From positions 1 through 64,000 of the forward strand of contig JAHKLY010000006.1 in assembly GCA_020854825.1 (NCBI GenBank): a stretch of 64,000 nucleotides of DNA, in the 5' to 3' direction. Each line of letters begins with the position of its first letter. Position 1 is the stretch's first letter. The DNA is from Candidatus Micrarchaeota archaeon (GTDB lineage: Archaea; Micrarchaeota; Micrarchaeia; Anstonellales; JAHKLY01). Of this stretch, positions 8,815 through 18,985 are shown piece after piece. The translations under genes and the position numbers were made by a program. The notes below the pieces were generated by a model. The model saw only the letters and a list, made by a program, of their open reading frames with translations. It was not told the origin of the DNA and ran no database searches.

Positions 8815-11364
8815 TTACTTTCTCTTATTTTTTTTTAAGTTGGTTTTGGGTTTTTCTTGCGGTTTAATACTCTTTTTTTGTGTTTTGATGCTTTTTTTAG
8901 GTTTAATCTCTCTTCTTTTTATTTCTTCTAATATTGTTTTTTCATCTCCTTGTATTTGTCTCTGATTTATTTCATCAAAAATAGGTTTTTGTTCTTCCTC
9001 TATAAATACTTCTGGTTTAACTCCTTCGCTAGCAAATTCCTCTTCAGAATTTAACTTATTCATAAAATAGAATAATACAGTTAATATAATTAATATGAAC
9101 ATTCCCAATCCTAGAAATATTGGCCAGGAATTACCTATATCTCCAAATAATGCTGCTAGTCCTAAATTCTCTTCTTCTTTTGTTTCTTCTATTTCTTGAG
9201 ATATTTGTGCGGTTGGAAGATTAACTTCATTAACTTGTGTTGTGATTAAATTTAAAATTTCAAAGTCTTCTATTTTATACTCATGCTTTCCTATAACTTC
9301 TGGTATAAAATACGCTTTTCCATCTTCATCTGTTATTAATTCAATCTCCTTACCAAAAGGAGAAATTACTATTATCTTAGCATTAAATATTGGAAATCCT
9401 TTTTCACTTTTAACTGTTAAAGTTATATTATCTCCCAAAAATACTAATTTTGGAGCTAATAATTCTACTTTTTGAATTGGGTCACTTTGTTCATCATCAA
9501 TTGAAAATATTTTTGCTTTAAATTCATTTGATTTAATTTGTTTATCTATATAATAAACAAATGAAATTGTTTCTTCTGCTTTTAAATCATCTATCTCCCA
9601 AATTATAACTAATGGATTTAGATATACCTGTTTTGGGTTTACCGAATATATTATCTTTGAAGATAAAACTTCGTTTGGGGGATACTCCCTTAATTCAATT
9701 CTTTTAATATCTTCTTTACATTCATTTATTAATTCTATTGTAACTGTTGTTTTATCCTCAGATCTTTCGATATCTCTAGTTATTTTTATTGGGCATCCAT
9801 CTATATACGCTCTTTCAAAAGAAGAGTGAGGAGGAGTTATGGATTGGGCTGAAGAACTTGGTGGGCTACCACTAGAAGAACTTGATCCACTACTTCCTCC
9901 ACCACTATCAGAGTCATCTCTCTGAAGTGTAAAATTTTGTCTGGTGATTTCATTTCCTAATATATTTACATATCTTATTTGTTCAATATATCCAGATCTT
10001 GTCGCACTTGTTCTTTGATTATATCCTTCTGGAATATTGTTAATTATATAATAACCAGTTTCATCTGTAGTCTCTGTTATCCCTCCTATGACAATTCTTG
10101 CAGATCTTAATGGATTGTCATTATTATCAAAAATATATCCTTCTAGTGTTCCATTTATCTTAACATAAGAAGGATTAAATGTTAAAGTAAAATTATGTTC
10201 TCTTCCTACTGCTGGAATAGTTATTGGATTAATTCCACCATCAAAATAAGAGAATGCATAAACATTAACTGCTATTGGAAAATTAATTGGTATATTTTGA
10301 ATATTATAATATCCATTATTATCTGTTAAATCTTCTAAACCAAAAAAAGGTATTTGTATTAATGCATTGGGTATTGGATTACCAGTTGCTGAATCTTTGA
10401 TATATCCTCTTAATGAAGCTGTGTTTCCTATGAATACTAATTCTATTGGAACTGGTATTTCTAAATTAGGATTTGTTGATAAATCCAAATTTATTGTTCT
10501 TGTTTCAGGCAAGTAATTATTTGCTGAAAAACCTAAAACATATTGTCCTGAAAATTCTAAATTTGTTGCATTAAAAAATCCTGTTGCATCTGTTTGAATA
10601 GTTTGTATTAAATTTCCGTCAAAATAAACTTCAACATTTGCATTGTTAATCGGTGCAATATCAGTATTATATACATAACCTGCTATTGAACCTATTGGTT
10701 GTGTTGGTACTGATCCATCTGGATACATAAATAAAATTCCATCTGGAATTATCCTGTCAGTTCTTGCTGGATTTGAATTATCAATTCTAATAGGACCAAA
10801 CGTAAAAGTATTATATCCAGTTTTTGTAAATTGTAAATTAAAACTATCATCAGATAACCCTGTAATTACAAATTGACCAGATGCATCTGAAAGTATATTC
10901 GCCGTAGCTTGTTGAATACTTATCTCAATTAATTCAATTCGTATTACTGTCCCGTCAGAAAAAATATGTGTTCCATTAGAACCTAAAGGGACACCATATG
11001 TAACAATTCCATCTATTGGATGCTCTATTTGAAAAATTCCTAATGCTGCTCCTATCACAATCGCATTAACACTTCTAAAAGTAGAACCATCTAATAACAT
11101 TATATTGTATGTTCCTACTGAAAGTGAACCCGTACTTTGATCTAATATCTCATTAATATAAATATTTATCATACAAGTATCCATTAACCCTGTTGTTGAT
11201 ATTTGAACATCCTCTAATTCCAAATCTGTTTCTGCATCATAAACAGTCCCTGTAATACTTCCTGCACTTAATACTCCTAACATTAAGATAAACGAAAAAA
11301 GAAAAACTATATTTTTCATTTGAATGTTTTGATATATATTTTTAATTTTATTTTTCATATCCAT
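8815..11364 (-). CDS. Membrane-anchored surface protein with carboxypeptidase-regulatory-like (prealbumin-fold) repeats
   Basis: Signal peptide; repeated SIxGYV/ID..PIxNAxV..TDxxGYY modules; Ser/Gly linker; C-terminal TM helix and Lys-rich tail. Confidence 0.85.
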   Translation of the reverse strand: MDMKNKIKNIYQNIQMKNIVFLFSFILMLGVLSAGSITGTVYDAETDLELEDVQISTTGLMDTCMINIYINEILDQSTGSLSVGTYNIMLLDGSTFRSVNAIVIGAALGIFQIEHPIDGIVTYGVPLGSNGTHIFSDGTVIRIELIEISIQQATANILSDASGQFVITGLSDDSFNLQFTKTGYNTFTFGPIRIDNSNPARTDRIIPDGILFMYPDGSVPTQPIGSIAGYVYNTDIAPINNANVEVYFDGNLIQTIQTDATGFFNATNLEFSGQYVLGFSANNYLPETRTINLDLSTNPNLEIPVPIELVFIGNTASLRGYIKDSATGNPIPNALIQIPFFGLEDLTDNNGYYNIQNIPINFPIAVNVYAFSYFDGGINPITIPAVGREHNFTLTFNPSYVKINGTLEGYIFDNNDNPLRSARIVIGGITETTDETGYYIINNIPEGYNQRTSATRSGYIEQIRYVNILGNEITRQNFTLQRDDSDSGGGSSGSSSSSGSPPSSSAQSITPPHSSFERAYIDGCPIKITRDIERSEDKTTVTIELINECKEDIKRIELREYPPNEVLSSKIIYSVNPKQVYLNPLVIIWEIDDLKAEETISFVYYIDKQIKSNEFKAKIFSIDDEQSDPIQKVELLAPKLVFLGDNITLTVKSEKGFPIFNAKIIVISPFGKEIELITDEDGKAYFIPEVIGKHEYKIEDFEILNLITTQVNEVNLPTAQISQEIEETKEEENLGLAALFGDIGNSWPIFLGLGMFILIILTVLFYFMNKLNSEEEFASEGVKPEVFIEEEQKPIFDEINQRQIQGDEKTILEEIKRREIKPKKSIKTQKKSIKPQEKPKTNLKKNKRK

Positions 11365-11377
11365 TTTGCCCACCTTT

Positions 11378-14300
11378 TTAATCTAATAATAAATTAACCA
11401 ATGTTAGTTCGCCTGCTATTACAGGTCTGTTTGTAATTCTTGAAGATAAATATCCCTCTGCTGTTGCTTCAACATCATACCATCCTTCGGATAAATTATC
11501 AATCTCATAATATCCTATTGCATCAGTTAAAGTCCATTCGACTACTTCTGTTGAACCTGCTTCATAAATACTTACATTTGTATTTTCTACTGGATTTCCA
11601 AACCAATCAATTGCAAAACCCCTTATTCCTCCATATTGAGATAAATAAAAATTAATTCCACTTGTTTCTGAACCTGCTGTTACGCCAATTCCATAAACTG
11701 TTTGAGTTGTATATCCAGTTTTTGTTGCTTGTACATTATAAACATCAGGATCAACATTTTCAATTACATAATGTCCTGTTGCATTTGTTGTTGCATTTAA
11801 TTCAGGATATCCTTCAAGTTGAATAAATGCATCTTCTAATGGTGCACCACTTGTATAACTCCAAACTCTTCCAGATATATTTCCTACTCCTATTACTCTT
11901 TCAAAAGTAAATGTTGCTATTGTTTCATAACCTAAACTATCATTTGCGTAAATAGTTATGTTATGTTCACCATATGATAAATCTGGAACTGTTACATTAT
12001 ATTCAATTATAAATATATTTTCAATTCCTGTTTCATCCCAAGTATAATTTGTATAATCAATTCCAGTTAAATCAGTTATATTAAATACTAAAATATCTCC
12101 TTCATTTATTACTGACCCTTCAATTGGTGAAATTAAAGTTATTACTGGTCCTAAAACATCATAATAAATTATATATTCAATTGTTACATTATCTCCATCA
12201 ATATCATATACAATAATATCTAATGTATTTTCTCCATTTTCCCATGTACAATTTAACTTGTGTACTGCTGTTAAATTTCCTTCTAAATCAATTGTTTGTA
12301 ATCCTTCAATAGGACAATCATAAGTTAATGTCTGTAATCCAGTATTATCTATCATATATACAGTTACATCCTCTCCCTCAGTTATTACAGATTCTGTTTC
12401 TGGATCTACAGTTACAATTGGTAATGTGTTTTCACCAAAGAATGTATAATCTACTTCTGTTTCTAATCCCTCATTATCTCTTGCATAAACTGTTAATATA
12501 TTTACATCTGGGTTTAAGAAAATTGAATCAACTATTATATTATATGAATCAGTAAATGAAATATGATATCCATCATTCCATGAATAATATGCATTTACGA
12601 TTAGCCCATCATCTTCAATTGTAAAATTAATTAAATCTCCGTTTAAAACTCTTGAACCTTCATCAGGTGAAATTAAAGTTATTACTGGGGTTTGTTGAAT
12701 AGTAAAGTCATATGTTTCATTTAGTGATATTCCTAATCCTTCAGTATCTACTGCATAAACTACTAATGTATAAATTCCTGTTGATTCAGGTATTGTAATA
12801 TTATATTCATCAGTAAATGTTTGATAAGATCCATCATCCCATTGATATACAAAATTAAAATATTCATCACTCATTTCAAAAACTAAAACTTCTCCTACAA
12901 AAACTGAATCTCCATCTTCATGTGAAATTAAGTTTATTATTGGTAATTCAGTTTTCAATACATTAAAATTTACTAATGTATTTGTTCCATATATATCTTG
13001 TGCATAAACTTGTAATACACTTCTTCCATTACTTAACAGATCCCCTGAAAAAATATAAACTGGTAATTCAATTGGATTAATATAAAATGGTAACCCTCCA
13101 TTAATACTTAAGGTTGCAAAGTTTAAATCTGTATGACTTGTGATTCTCAAAATTACATCTTCAGTTATATCTATAAGAATATTTTCGGGGTTTAATAATT
13201 CAATTACAGGGGGAGATGCTATCACATTAATTTCTATCTGCTGTATATATTCTGCAAAACTTACATTAATATGAGCAGTTCCCTCATTAATAGCTGTAAT
13301 TGTAGTAAATGAACCCTCAGTATTACTAACTGTTGCAATAGAATTATTTAAAGATTCCCAATTTACTGAAATATAAACTAAATTATCAAATGCATCATAA
13401 CCTTGTGCTTGTATTAATTCTTCTTGTCCAATTATTAATGTTAAACTTTCTGTTGATAATTCAAATCTAACTGCTGGTCCTTCTGTTACATTTAATCGAG
13501 TATTTCCTTGTATAGTTATATTTTCAAAATGAAAACCATCTGGGGGTAAAGTTGTATCTCTTGGCCCACTCCCTGGTGAAGGTCTTGCCCTACCTGGAAC
13601 TAATGCCCTATAAGTAAATTCTGCTGTAACTTCATGTAATCCTAAAACTGTTGCATTAACTGTTCCAGATTCATTAATTTCTCCTGCTGTTGTATTCCAA
13701 ACTGGAGTTATTTCAATTGTATTATTATATTCATCATATCCTATTGCATTGAACTCAATTGTTGTCCCTATTTGAATTGTTTCATCAGTTGGTGTGATTT
13801 CTATCCTATCTAATTTTGTGTGTCTAACTTCAATATATGAAGTTGCTTCTAAAGTAACCTCTTCATACTCATAAATTGCTTTAACATATTTATTCCCTGT
13901 ATAAAACGGAATTAATAATCCATCATTAATTTCTCCTGCATTTGTTTCCCAGGTTAACCTTCCTTCAGTTTCAGGATGATAATAATTTCCAAATTCATCT
14001 TTTATTAAAACTTCATATTGAACCGAAACTCCTGCTGGCATCCAAATATTGTTTGGAGTTAATTCTAAAACTAAAGGTAATGCTCTTGTAGTTGTTAATG
14101 TTTTTTCTGCTGATATGTTTAATGTTTCATCAACAAAATGGTTTACAATAACTGTTAATACTTCTTCACATTCATATTTTGGTGAAGTTAAATTTAAGGT
14201 AATATTTTTTGTTTCACCAGATAATAATAAAATATCTTGATATTCATTTCCTATTTCCCAATTATTTACTTCTGGAGTAATCCTAAATAATGCTTGAACA

Positions 14301-15226
14301 CAATCTAAATCATCATTATTTGTTATTTCTGCAGTTACTTGGATTTGTTCATTAGGTAATGCAATTATTATTTCTGGATATAAATTAATAGTGGGTGTAA
14401 AATGAGTACATGGATCATCTAAAATTCTTATTGTTGAATTTCCAGTTGTATTCCCATACTTTGCAAATACATACCCTTCACCTGTTTCATTTGCATAAAA
14501 AGTTCCATTTTGATAAATATAACCTACTGTTGAAGACCACTCTAATTCACCTTCTTCAAAAGAAATATAATTATTATATTCATCATAGCCAAAAACATCA
14601 AAAGTTATTGATTCTTCATATTCTAATTCCGTATAAAATGGAGTTAATATTATTGTTGCTGGTGTATTAGGAACTACTTTAAAGTTAGATAATAAATGAC
14701 CAGAAGGTAAATCTGTTCTTCTTGCCCATGCATTAACTATGAAATTTCCTGCTAAATTTCCTGAAGAAATTTGAGTTCTTATTCTTACTGCTTCTCCAGG
14801 CATTAAATTATGAACTTGAGGTCTTGGAGTTTCTAATTCGTTAGATTCTACTGAGATATTAAATTCTGATGCTAAACATGAATCTGAATCTCTATTTTGA
14901 ACTATAATATCAATTGATGCACTATTATATAATCCAATTTGTTCAACTAAATAATTTATAGTTATTTTTGGGGCTCTTCTTTGACATGCTTCATCTGGTC
15001 TCTCCCTAGGCGTTATAGATAAATAATCCATAGTACTTGAAGAAGGACCCGAATTTGATCTAATTATTACAGGGTTTATATTTGTTTCACTAGGAGATTT
15101 ATCTTTTGTTCCTAATCCAATTAAATCCCCTGCATAAACTTCTGCTATATTTAATCCTGCTATAAATAACAGAAAGAAAATCCCTAATATTGTCACATAT
15201 TTTATTAATTCATATTTATCTTTCAT
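11378..15226 (-). CDS. Large secreted Ig-like repeat / carboxypeptidase-regulatory-like surface (S-layer-type) protein
   Basis: N-terminal TM/signal; repeated GYDEYNN Ig modules and PVITLISP...Y.WD modules; two C-terminal carboxypeptidase-like domains; acidic and rich in NxT sequons. Confidence 0.85.
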   Translation of the reverse strand: MKDKYELIKYVTILGIFFLLFIAGLNIAEVYAGDLIGLGTKDKSPSETNINPVIIRSNSGPSSSTMDYLSITPRERPDEACQRRAPKITINYLVEQIGLYNSASIDIIVQNRDSDSCLASEFNISVESNELETPRPQVHNLMPGEAVRIRTQISSGNLAGNFIVNAWARRTDLPSGHLLSNFKVVPNTPATIILTPFYTELEYEESITFDVFGYDEYNNYISFEEGELEWSSTVGYIYQNGTFYANETGEGYVFAKYGNTTGNSTIRILDDPCTHFTPTINLYPEIIIALPNEQIQVTAEITNNDDLDCVQALFRITPEVNNWEIGNEYQDILLLSGETKNITLNLTSPKYECEEVLTVIVNHFVDETLNISAEKTLTTTRALPLVLELTPNNIWMPAGVSVQYEVLIKDEFGNYYHPETEGRLTWETNAGEINDGLLIPFYTGNKYVKAIYEYEEVTLEATSYIEVRHTKLDRIEITPTDETIQIGTTIEFNAIGYDEYNNTIEITPVWNTTAGEINESGTVNATVLGLHEVTAEFTYRALVPGRARPSPGSGPRDTTLPPDGFHFENITIQGNTRLNVTEGPAVRFELSTESLTLIIGQEELIQAQGYDAFDNLVYISVNWESLNNSIATVSNTEGSFTTITAINEGTAHINVSFAEYIQQIEINVIASPPVIELLNPENILIDITEDVILRITSHTDLNFATLSINGGLPFYINPIELPVYIFSGDLLSNGRSVLQVYAQDIYGTNTLVNFNVLKTELPIINLISHEDGDSVFVGEVLVFEMSDEYFNFVYQWDDGSYQTFTDEYNITIPESTGIYTLVVYAVDTEGLGISLNETYDFTIQQTPVITLISPDEGSRVLNGDLINFTIEDDGLIVNAYYSWNDGYHISFTDSYNIIVDSIFLNPDVNILTVYARDNEGLETEVDYTFFGENTLPIVTVDPETESVITEGEDVTVYMIDNTGLQTLTYDCPIEGLQTIDLEGNLTAVHKLNCTWENGENTLDIIVYDIDGDNVTIEYIIYYDVLGPVITLISPIEGSVINEGDILVFNITDLTGIDYTNYTWDETGIENIFIIEYNVTVPDLSYGEHNITIYANDSLGYETIATFTFERVIGVGNISGRVWSYTSGAPLEDAFIQLEGYPELNATTNATGHYVIENVDPDVYNVQATKTGYTTQTVYGIGVTAGSETSGINFYLSQYGGIRGFAIDWFGNPVENTNVSIYEAGSTEVVEWTLTDAIGYYEIDNLSEGWYDVEATAEGYLSSRITNRPVIAGELTLVNLLLD

Positions 15227-15237
15227 AATATCTCACC

Positions 15238-16011
15238 TTACTCATTAATTACATCTAAACTCCAATTAACATAATCTAAACCTACTTCATTAATTTTTAA
15301 TGCAAATCTTTTTGTTTCATCTCCTAAGAAAACTCTATAAATTATCCTTGATTCTCCTTCTTGAATTTTTAAACTTGAAACTTCCGCAGTTAAAGGATCC
15401 ATAATTAAAATTTCTGCTTTTCCAATCTCACTTGTGTCTGGTTTTAAATTAATATAAAAACTTTCTGTGTCTGTTATTCTAATTCTTACCGTATCCAAAG
15501 AAGAAGTTACTCCCAACTGTACAGTTTCTAAACTCCATGTTGATTGAACTGTACGCTCTTCTTCAAAGGTTCCAATATCTGTATCTGCGATTATTCTTAA
15601 AACTGTTAAACCAGTATCTATTGGTTGGACATTCCACTTTGCAATTCCTGTAATATTATTATCTAATTCACAAACACATTGATAAAAATTAGGGGTTCTA
15701 TCTCTAACTGTAAACTCAACTGAATAAACTTGAGCTGCATTTGGGTGAATAACAAATTTTGCTGAATCTGCAGTTCCAACATATAACGCACCTGGAATAG
15801 AAGTAAATAAAATATCTGGTTCCCTTGGATCAATCGGATGTAATGGATTCTCTTTTGTTACTTCACAAGCTAAAAAAGGAAGGGAGAATATTAAAAAAGA
15901 GCCAACTACTTTAATAATTGAATTAGAAATTAATTCTTTAATTTTATTAAACTCATTAGGAACTAAACCCCTTACGTTTGGGTTATTATGTTTTACTAAC
16001 CACCCACTCAT
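15238..16011 (-). CDS. Putative lipoprotein
   Basis: GGAGG RBS before MSGW...; hydrophobic stretch ending LPFLAC; beta-rich body. Confidence 0.7.
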   Translation of the reverse strand: MSGWLVKHNNPNVRGLVPNEFNKIKELISNSIIKVVGSFLIFSLPFLACEVTKENPLHPIDPREPDILFTSIPGALYVGTADSAKFVIHPNAAQVYSVEFTVRDRTPNFYQCVCELDNNITGIAKWNVQPIDTGLTVLRIIADTDIGTFEEERTVQSTWSLETVQLGVTSSLDTVRIRITDTESFYINLKPDTSEIGKAEILIMDPLTAEVSSLKIQEGESRIIYRVFLGDETKRFALKINEVGLDYVNWSLDVINE

Positions 16012-16239
16012 GTTATCAGCCTCCACACAACAAAAACACAATTTAATGCTTTAAAATGCATTAAATAATGTTATATTTTATATCTTAGGATGTTTATAAA
16101 GCTTGTGGTTGATAATATAAAACAAAATACTTAAAAAAAGACAAAAAAACACCCTGCGCCCCTAGTATTACTTATTAAAAATAAATACCATCCCCCAATG
16201 GAAAGAATATATGGATGAAAAATTTTTTAAGTTTAGAAC

Positions 16240-17418
16240 TCATATTATTGAAATATTTAATCCTACATCTGGATCTATTTTTTGCATCATTTTTAAATCT
16301 TCAGTGCCCTTTTCTTTATCCCCTAAATTTAAATAAGCCACTGCTCTATTTCCATATGCTTCTGAATAATCGGGTTTTATATTTATTGCTTGTGTATAAT
16401 CTTGTATCGCTTTTTCATATTGTCTTAATTCAAAAAAAGTATTCGCTCTTAAATACCATGCTCTGTAATAATTTGGTTCTAATTCTATTGCTTTTGTAAA
16501 ATCTTCTAATGCTAATTCATATTTTCCTAATTTTTTATAAATAAAACCTCTATTAAAATGAGCAACTGTAAATCTAGGAAAGACATTTATTGCTTTTGTA
16601 TATTCTTCTATGGCCCCCTCCATATCATAATATATTTCTTCTTTTAAAATTGCTTGTGAATAATTGTCGGTGGCTATTTGGCCAGGTCGTACTTCTATTG
16701 ATTTTCTGTAATCTGCTTCTGCTCCTGTTAAGTCTCCCATAATTTTTTTAGTGTCTGCCATATACTCATATACTCTGAAGTCATTTGGATTTATCTCAAC
16801 GGTTTTAATAAAATATTTAATTGCATTTTCATATTTTTTAATATTAAAATAAGCAACTCCTAATTTAAATAAAAAAATTGAATCTTCTTTTTTAACCTTT
16901 GAAATTTTTTCAAAATCTTCTATTGCTTCTGCGTATTTAGCCAATTCAAAATTTATATTCCCTCTAATATAATACGTTTCATTTACCTTTACAAATAAAC
17001 TATTTGATAAATCCATATTTAAGAGTATATTAAAATCTTCAAGCGCTCCGATATTATCCTTATTTTCAAATTTTATCTTACCCCTAAAAAAATATGGATC
17101 AGGTAATTTTGAGTCTAAACTAATTGCTGTGTTAAAATCTGTAAGTGATTCTTCAATTTTTCTTAATTTTTGCTGTGTGATCCCCCTCATGAGATATGCT
17201 TCTGCATAATTAGGTTCATATTCAATTGCACAATTAAAATAAAATATTGCGTCGTCAAATTCATTTAAGTTTAATTTTTTAATTCCTTTATTAAAATTCT
17301 TGACTGCTTTTTTTGGTATTTTTTCATTTAAGGGTTCTGTTGCTTTCCTTGTATCAAAAACTGGCTGTTTCCGAATTCGGTTGTTATTGGGAGGAAAAAA
17401 ATTTCTAAAAAAGTTCAT
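16240..17418 (-). CDS. Tetratricopeptide repeat protein
   Basis: Multiple TPR consensus repeats (AYLMRG, AHFNRG, AYGNRA; AIxDYTxAIxxxP). Confidence 0.93.
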   Translation of the reverse strand: MNFFRNFFPPNNNRIRKQPVFDTRKATEPLNEKIPKKAVKNFNKGIKKLNLNEFDDAIFYFNCAIEYEPNYAEAYLMRGITQQKLRKIEESLTDFNTAISLDSKLPDPYFFRGKIKFENKDNIGALEDFNILLNMDLSNSLFVKVNETYYIRGNINFELAKYAEAIEDFEKISKVKKEDSIFLFKLGVAYFNIKKYENAIKYFIKTVEINPNDFRVYEYMADTKKIMGDLTGAEADYRKSIEVRPGQIATDNYSQAILKEEIYYDMEGAIEEYTKAINVFPRFTVAHFNRGFIYKKLGKYELALEDFTKAIELEPNYYRAWYLRANTFFELRQYEKAIQDYTQAINIKPDYSEAYGNRAVAYLNLGDKEKGTEDLKMMQKIDPDVGLNISII

Positions 17419-17433
17419 GTTCTCACCTGCAAA

Positions 17434-17775
17434 CTAATCCTTAGACTTGTCTTCTTGTAGGTATAAAATTGCTTCAGCTATATCTCCATTTTTTTCTTTT
17501 AATGCTTTTTCTGCTTTTTCATGATCAACATTTGTTTGCTCCATAACTATTTGGATATCTTCTTTACTTATTTTTTCTTCTACTTTTTCATCTCCAGATA
17601 TTTGATAGGAAATTTGCCCTTGCGCAGATATCTTTGTTACACTTGGGTTTTCAAGAATTATATTTGATTCTTCAGATTCGATTATAACTCGTTTTGCTGA
17701 AATATCTGTAGAATTAATCCCCATTTGTTGCATCATTCTTTTCATTTGTCTTGGGTCCATTCCTCCGCCTAACAT
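17434..17775 (-). CDS. nac: Nascent polypeptide-associated complex protein (aNAC)
   Basis: MDPRQMKRMMQQMGI..., C-terminal UBA-like EDIQIVMEQT...GDIAEAILYL. Confidence 0.95.
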   Translation of the reverse strand: MLGGGMDPRQMKRMMQQMGINSTDISAKRVIIESEESNIILENPSVTKISAQGQISYQISGDEKVEEKISKEDIQIVMEQTNVDHEKAEKALKEKNGDIAEAILYLQEDKSKD

Positions 17776-17783
17776 AGATTCAC

Positions 17784-18395
17784 CTATTTTCTTTCAATTC
17801 TAATGATTGTATTTTTAATTTCTGTTTTATTTATCTGAACTTTACGTACAGGCACTACTTTCTTTAAATTTTGTTGAATTTGTTCTGCAAATTTACCAAA
17901 TAAAACTGCGTGCATTAATTCATTTATGGTTAAATCCTTTACAACTGTATGTATATGTTCATTAAATATATTCCTTAATGCTGTTTTTGGTTTTTGTGTA
18001 ATTCTATTAGCTGTTATTATGACTCCTTTTATTCTTATCTTATTTCCATCTTTTGTTTCAACATCAACTACATGATCTATAACTGACCTTCTTCTTCTTG
18101 CTAATGTTTTTATAAAAGATTGGTCAACTTCGTGCCCTATTAGTTTGGTGAATGCTGTTGTTCCTTTTATATCTACTATTCTAAAGTTAAGTTTAGTATT
18201 TATTGATGCTGCGCCTGGTTTTCCCCCTATTAAAAACAGAGGTACTTTTATAATTTTATTCAAAAGAATTTTTGGATCTGAAGCGGGAACCTCTCCAATC
18301 TCTTTATTTTCATATTCTTCTGGTGCAACAACTTTATACCAAATCTTTGATTTCCATTTATCTACTGTTTTTTTGGTTGTTCTTTTTTTAGCCAT
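17784..18395 (-). CDS. rps3ae: 30S ribosomal protein S3Ae (eS1)
   Basis: VDKWKSKIWYKVVAP, LARRRRSVID, TKDG motifs. Confidence 0.95.
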   Translation of the reverse strand: MAKKRTTKKTVDKWKSKIWYKVVAPEEYENKEIGEVPASDPKILLNKIIKVPLFLIGGKPGAASINTKLNFRIVDIKGTTAFTKLIGHEVDQSFIKTLARRRRSVIDHVVDVETKDGNKIRIKGVIITANRITQKPKTALRNIFNEHIHTVVKDLTINELMHAVLFGKFAEQIQQNLKKVVPVRKVQINKTEIKNTIIRIERK

Positions 18396-18405
18396 AAATA
18401 TCACC

Positions 18406-18858
18406 TTACTTTACAATTAATACTGCAGTTTCTGGATCATATTTCCAATCTGCTGGCAATCTGCCATTCTTTGTATAATATCTTGCTAATCTTCTAATTT
18501 TTGATTCAACATGTATTAATTTTGTTTTATTGTGTGTATCTCTTGTGTTACTATTCAAATGTTTTCTCATTCCTACTGCTTTTTTTATCAAGGTTAAAAT
18601 ATCGTCTGGATATTCAACTTTAATATTATTTTCTTCAAGAATTTTTGATACTGTCTTATTACAAACTGCTCTAACACTTGGAACATTATGCTCTTTTTTT
18701 AGAATAAGTCCTATTGTTGTTGCATTGTTACCTTCTTTTGCTAAGGTATTAATTAATTTTTCAATCTCATCTGGTTTAATAACATCGCTAGGTAATTCTT
18801 TACCTATTAATCTTCTTGAGCCAGACTTACCTCTCTTTTTTGAGTGTAATTTAGCCAT
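18406..18858 (-). CDS. rps15: 30S ribosomal protein S15 (uS15)
   Basis: MAKLHSKKRGKSGS..., LIHVESKIRRLARYY, LPADWKY. Confidence 0.97.
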   Translation of the reverse strand: MAKLHSKKRGKSGSRRLIGKELPSDVIKPDEIEKLINTLAKEGNNATTIGLILKKEHNVPSVRAVCNKTVSKILEENNIKVEYPDDILTLIKKAVGMRKHLNSNTRDTHNKTKLIHVESKIRRLARYYTKNGRLPADWKYDPETAVLIVK

Positions 18859-18882
18859 ATTTTATTCACCTTTTTTTATTTT

Positions 18883-18931
18883 ACAGCCGGAGAATGTCTT
18901 GTCGAAACAACTACATTTCCCAAATAGCTAT
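18883..18931 (-). promoter_or_regulatory. Structured 5' leader hairpin of the rps15-rps3ae-nac operon (candidate r-leader)
   Basis: Minus strand AUAGCU..GGGAAAUGU-AG-UUGU(UUCG)ACAA-G-ACAUUCUCC-GGCUGU, lying between the TATA box (18953-18960) and the RBS. Confidence 0.6.
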
Positions 18932-18985
18932 TGAATATTATCCATACAACTGTTTATAAAGGTTTTCTACGCGGCACTTAAATTT

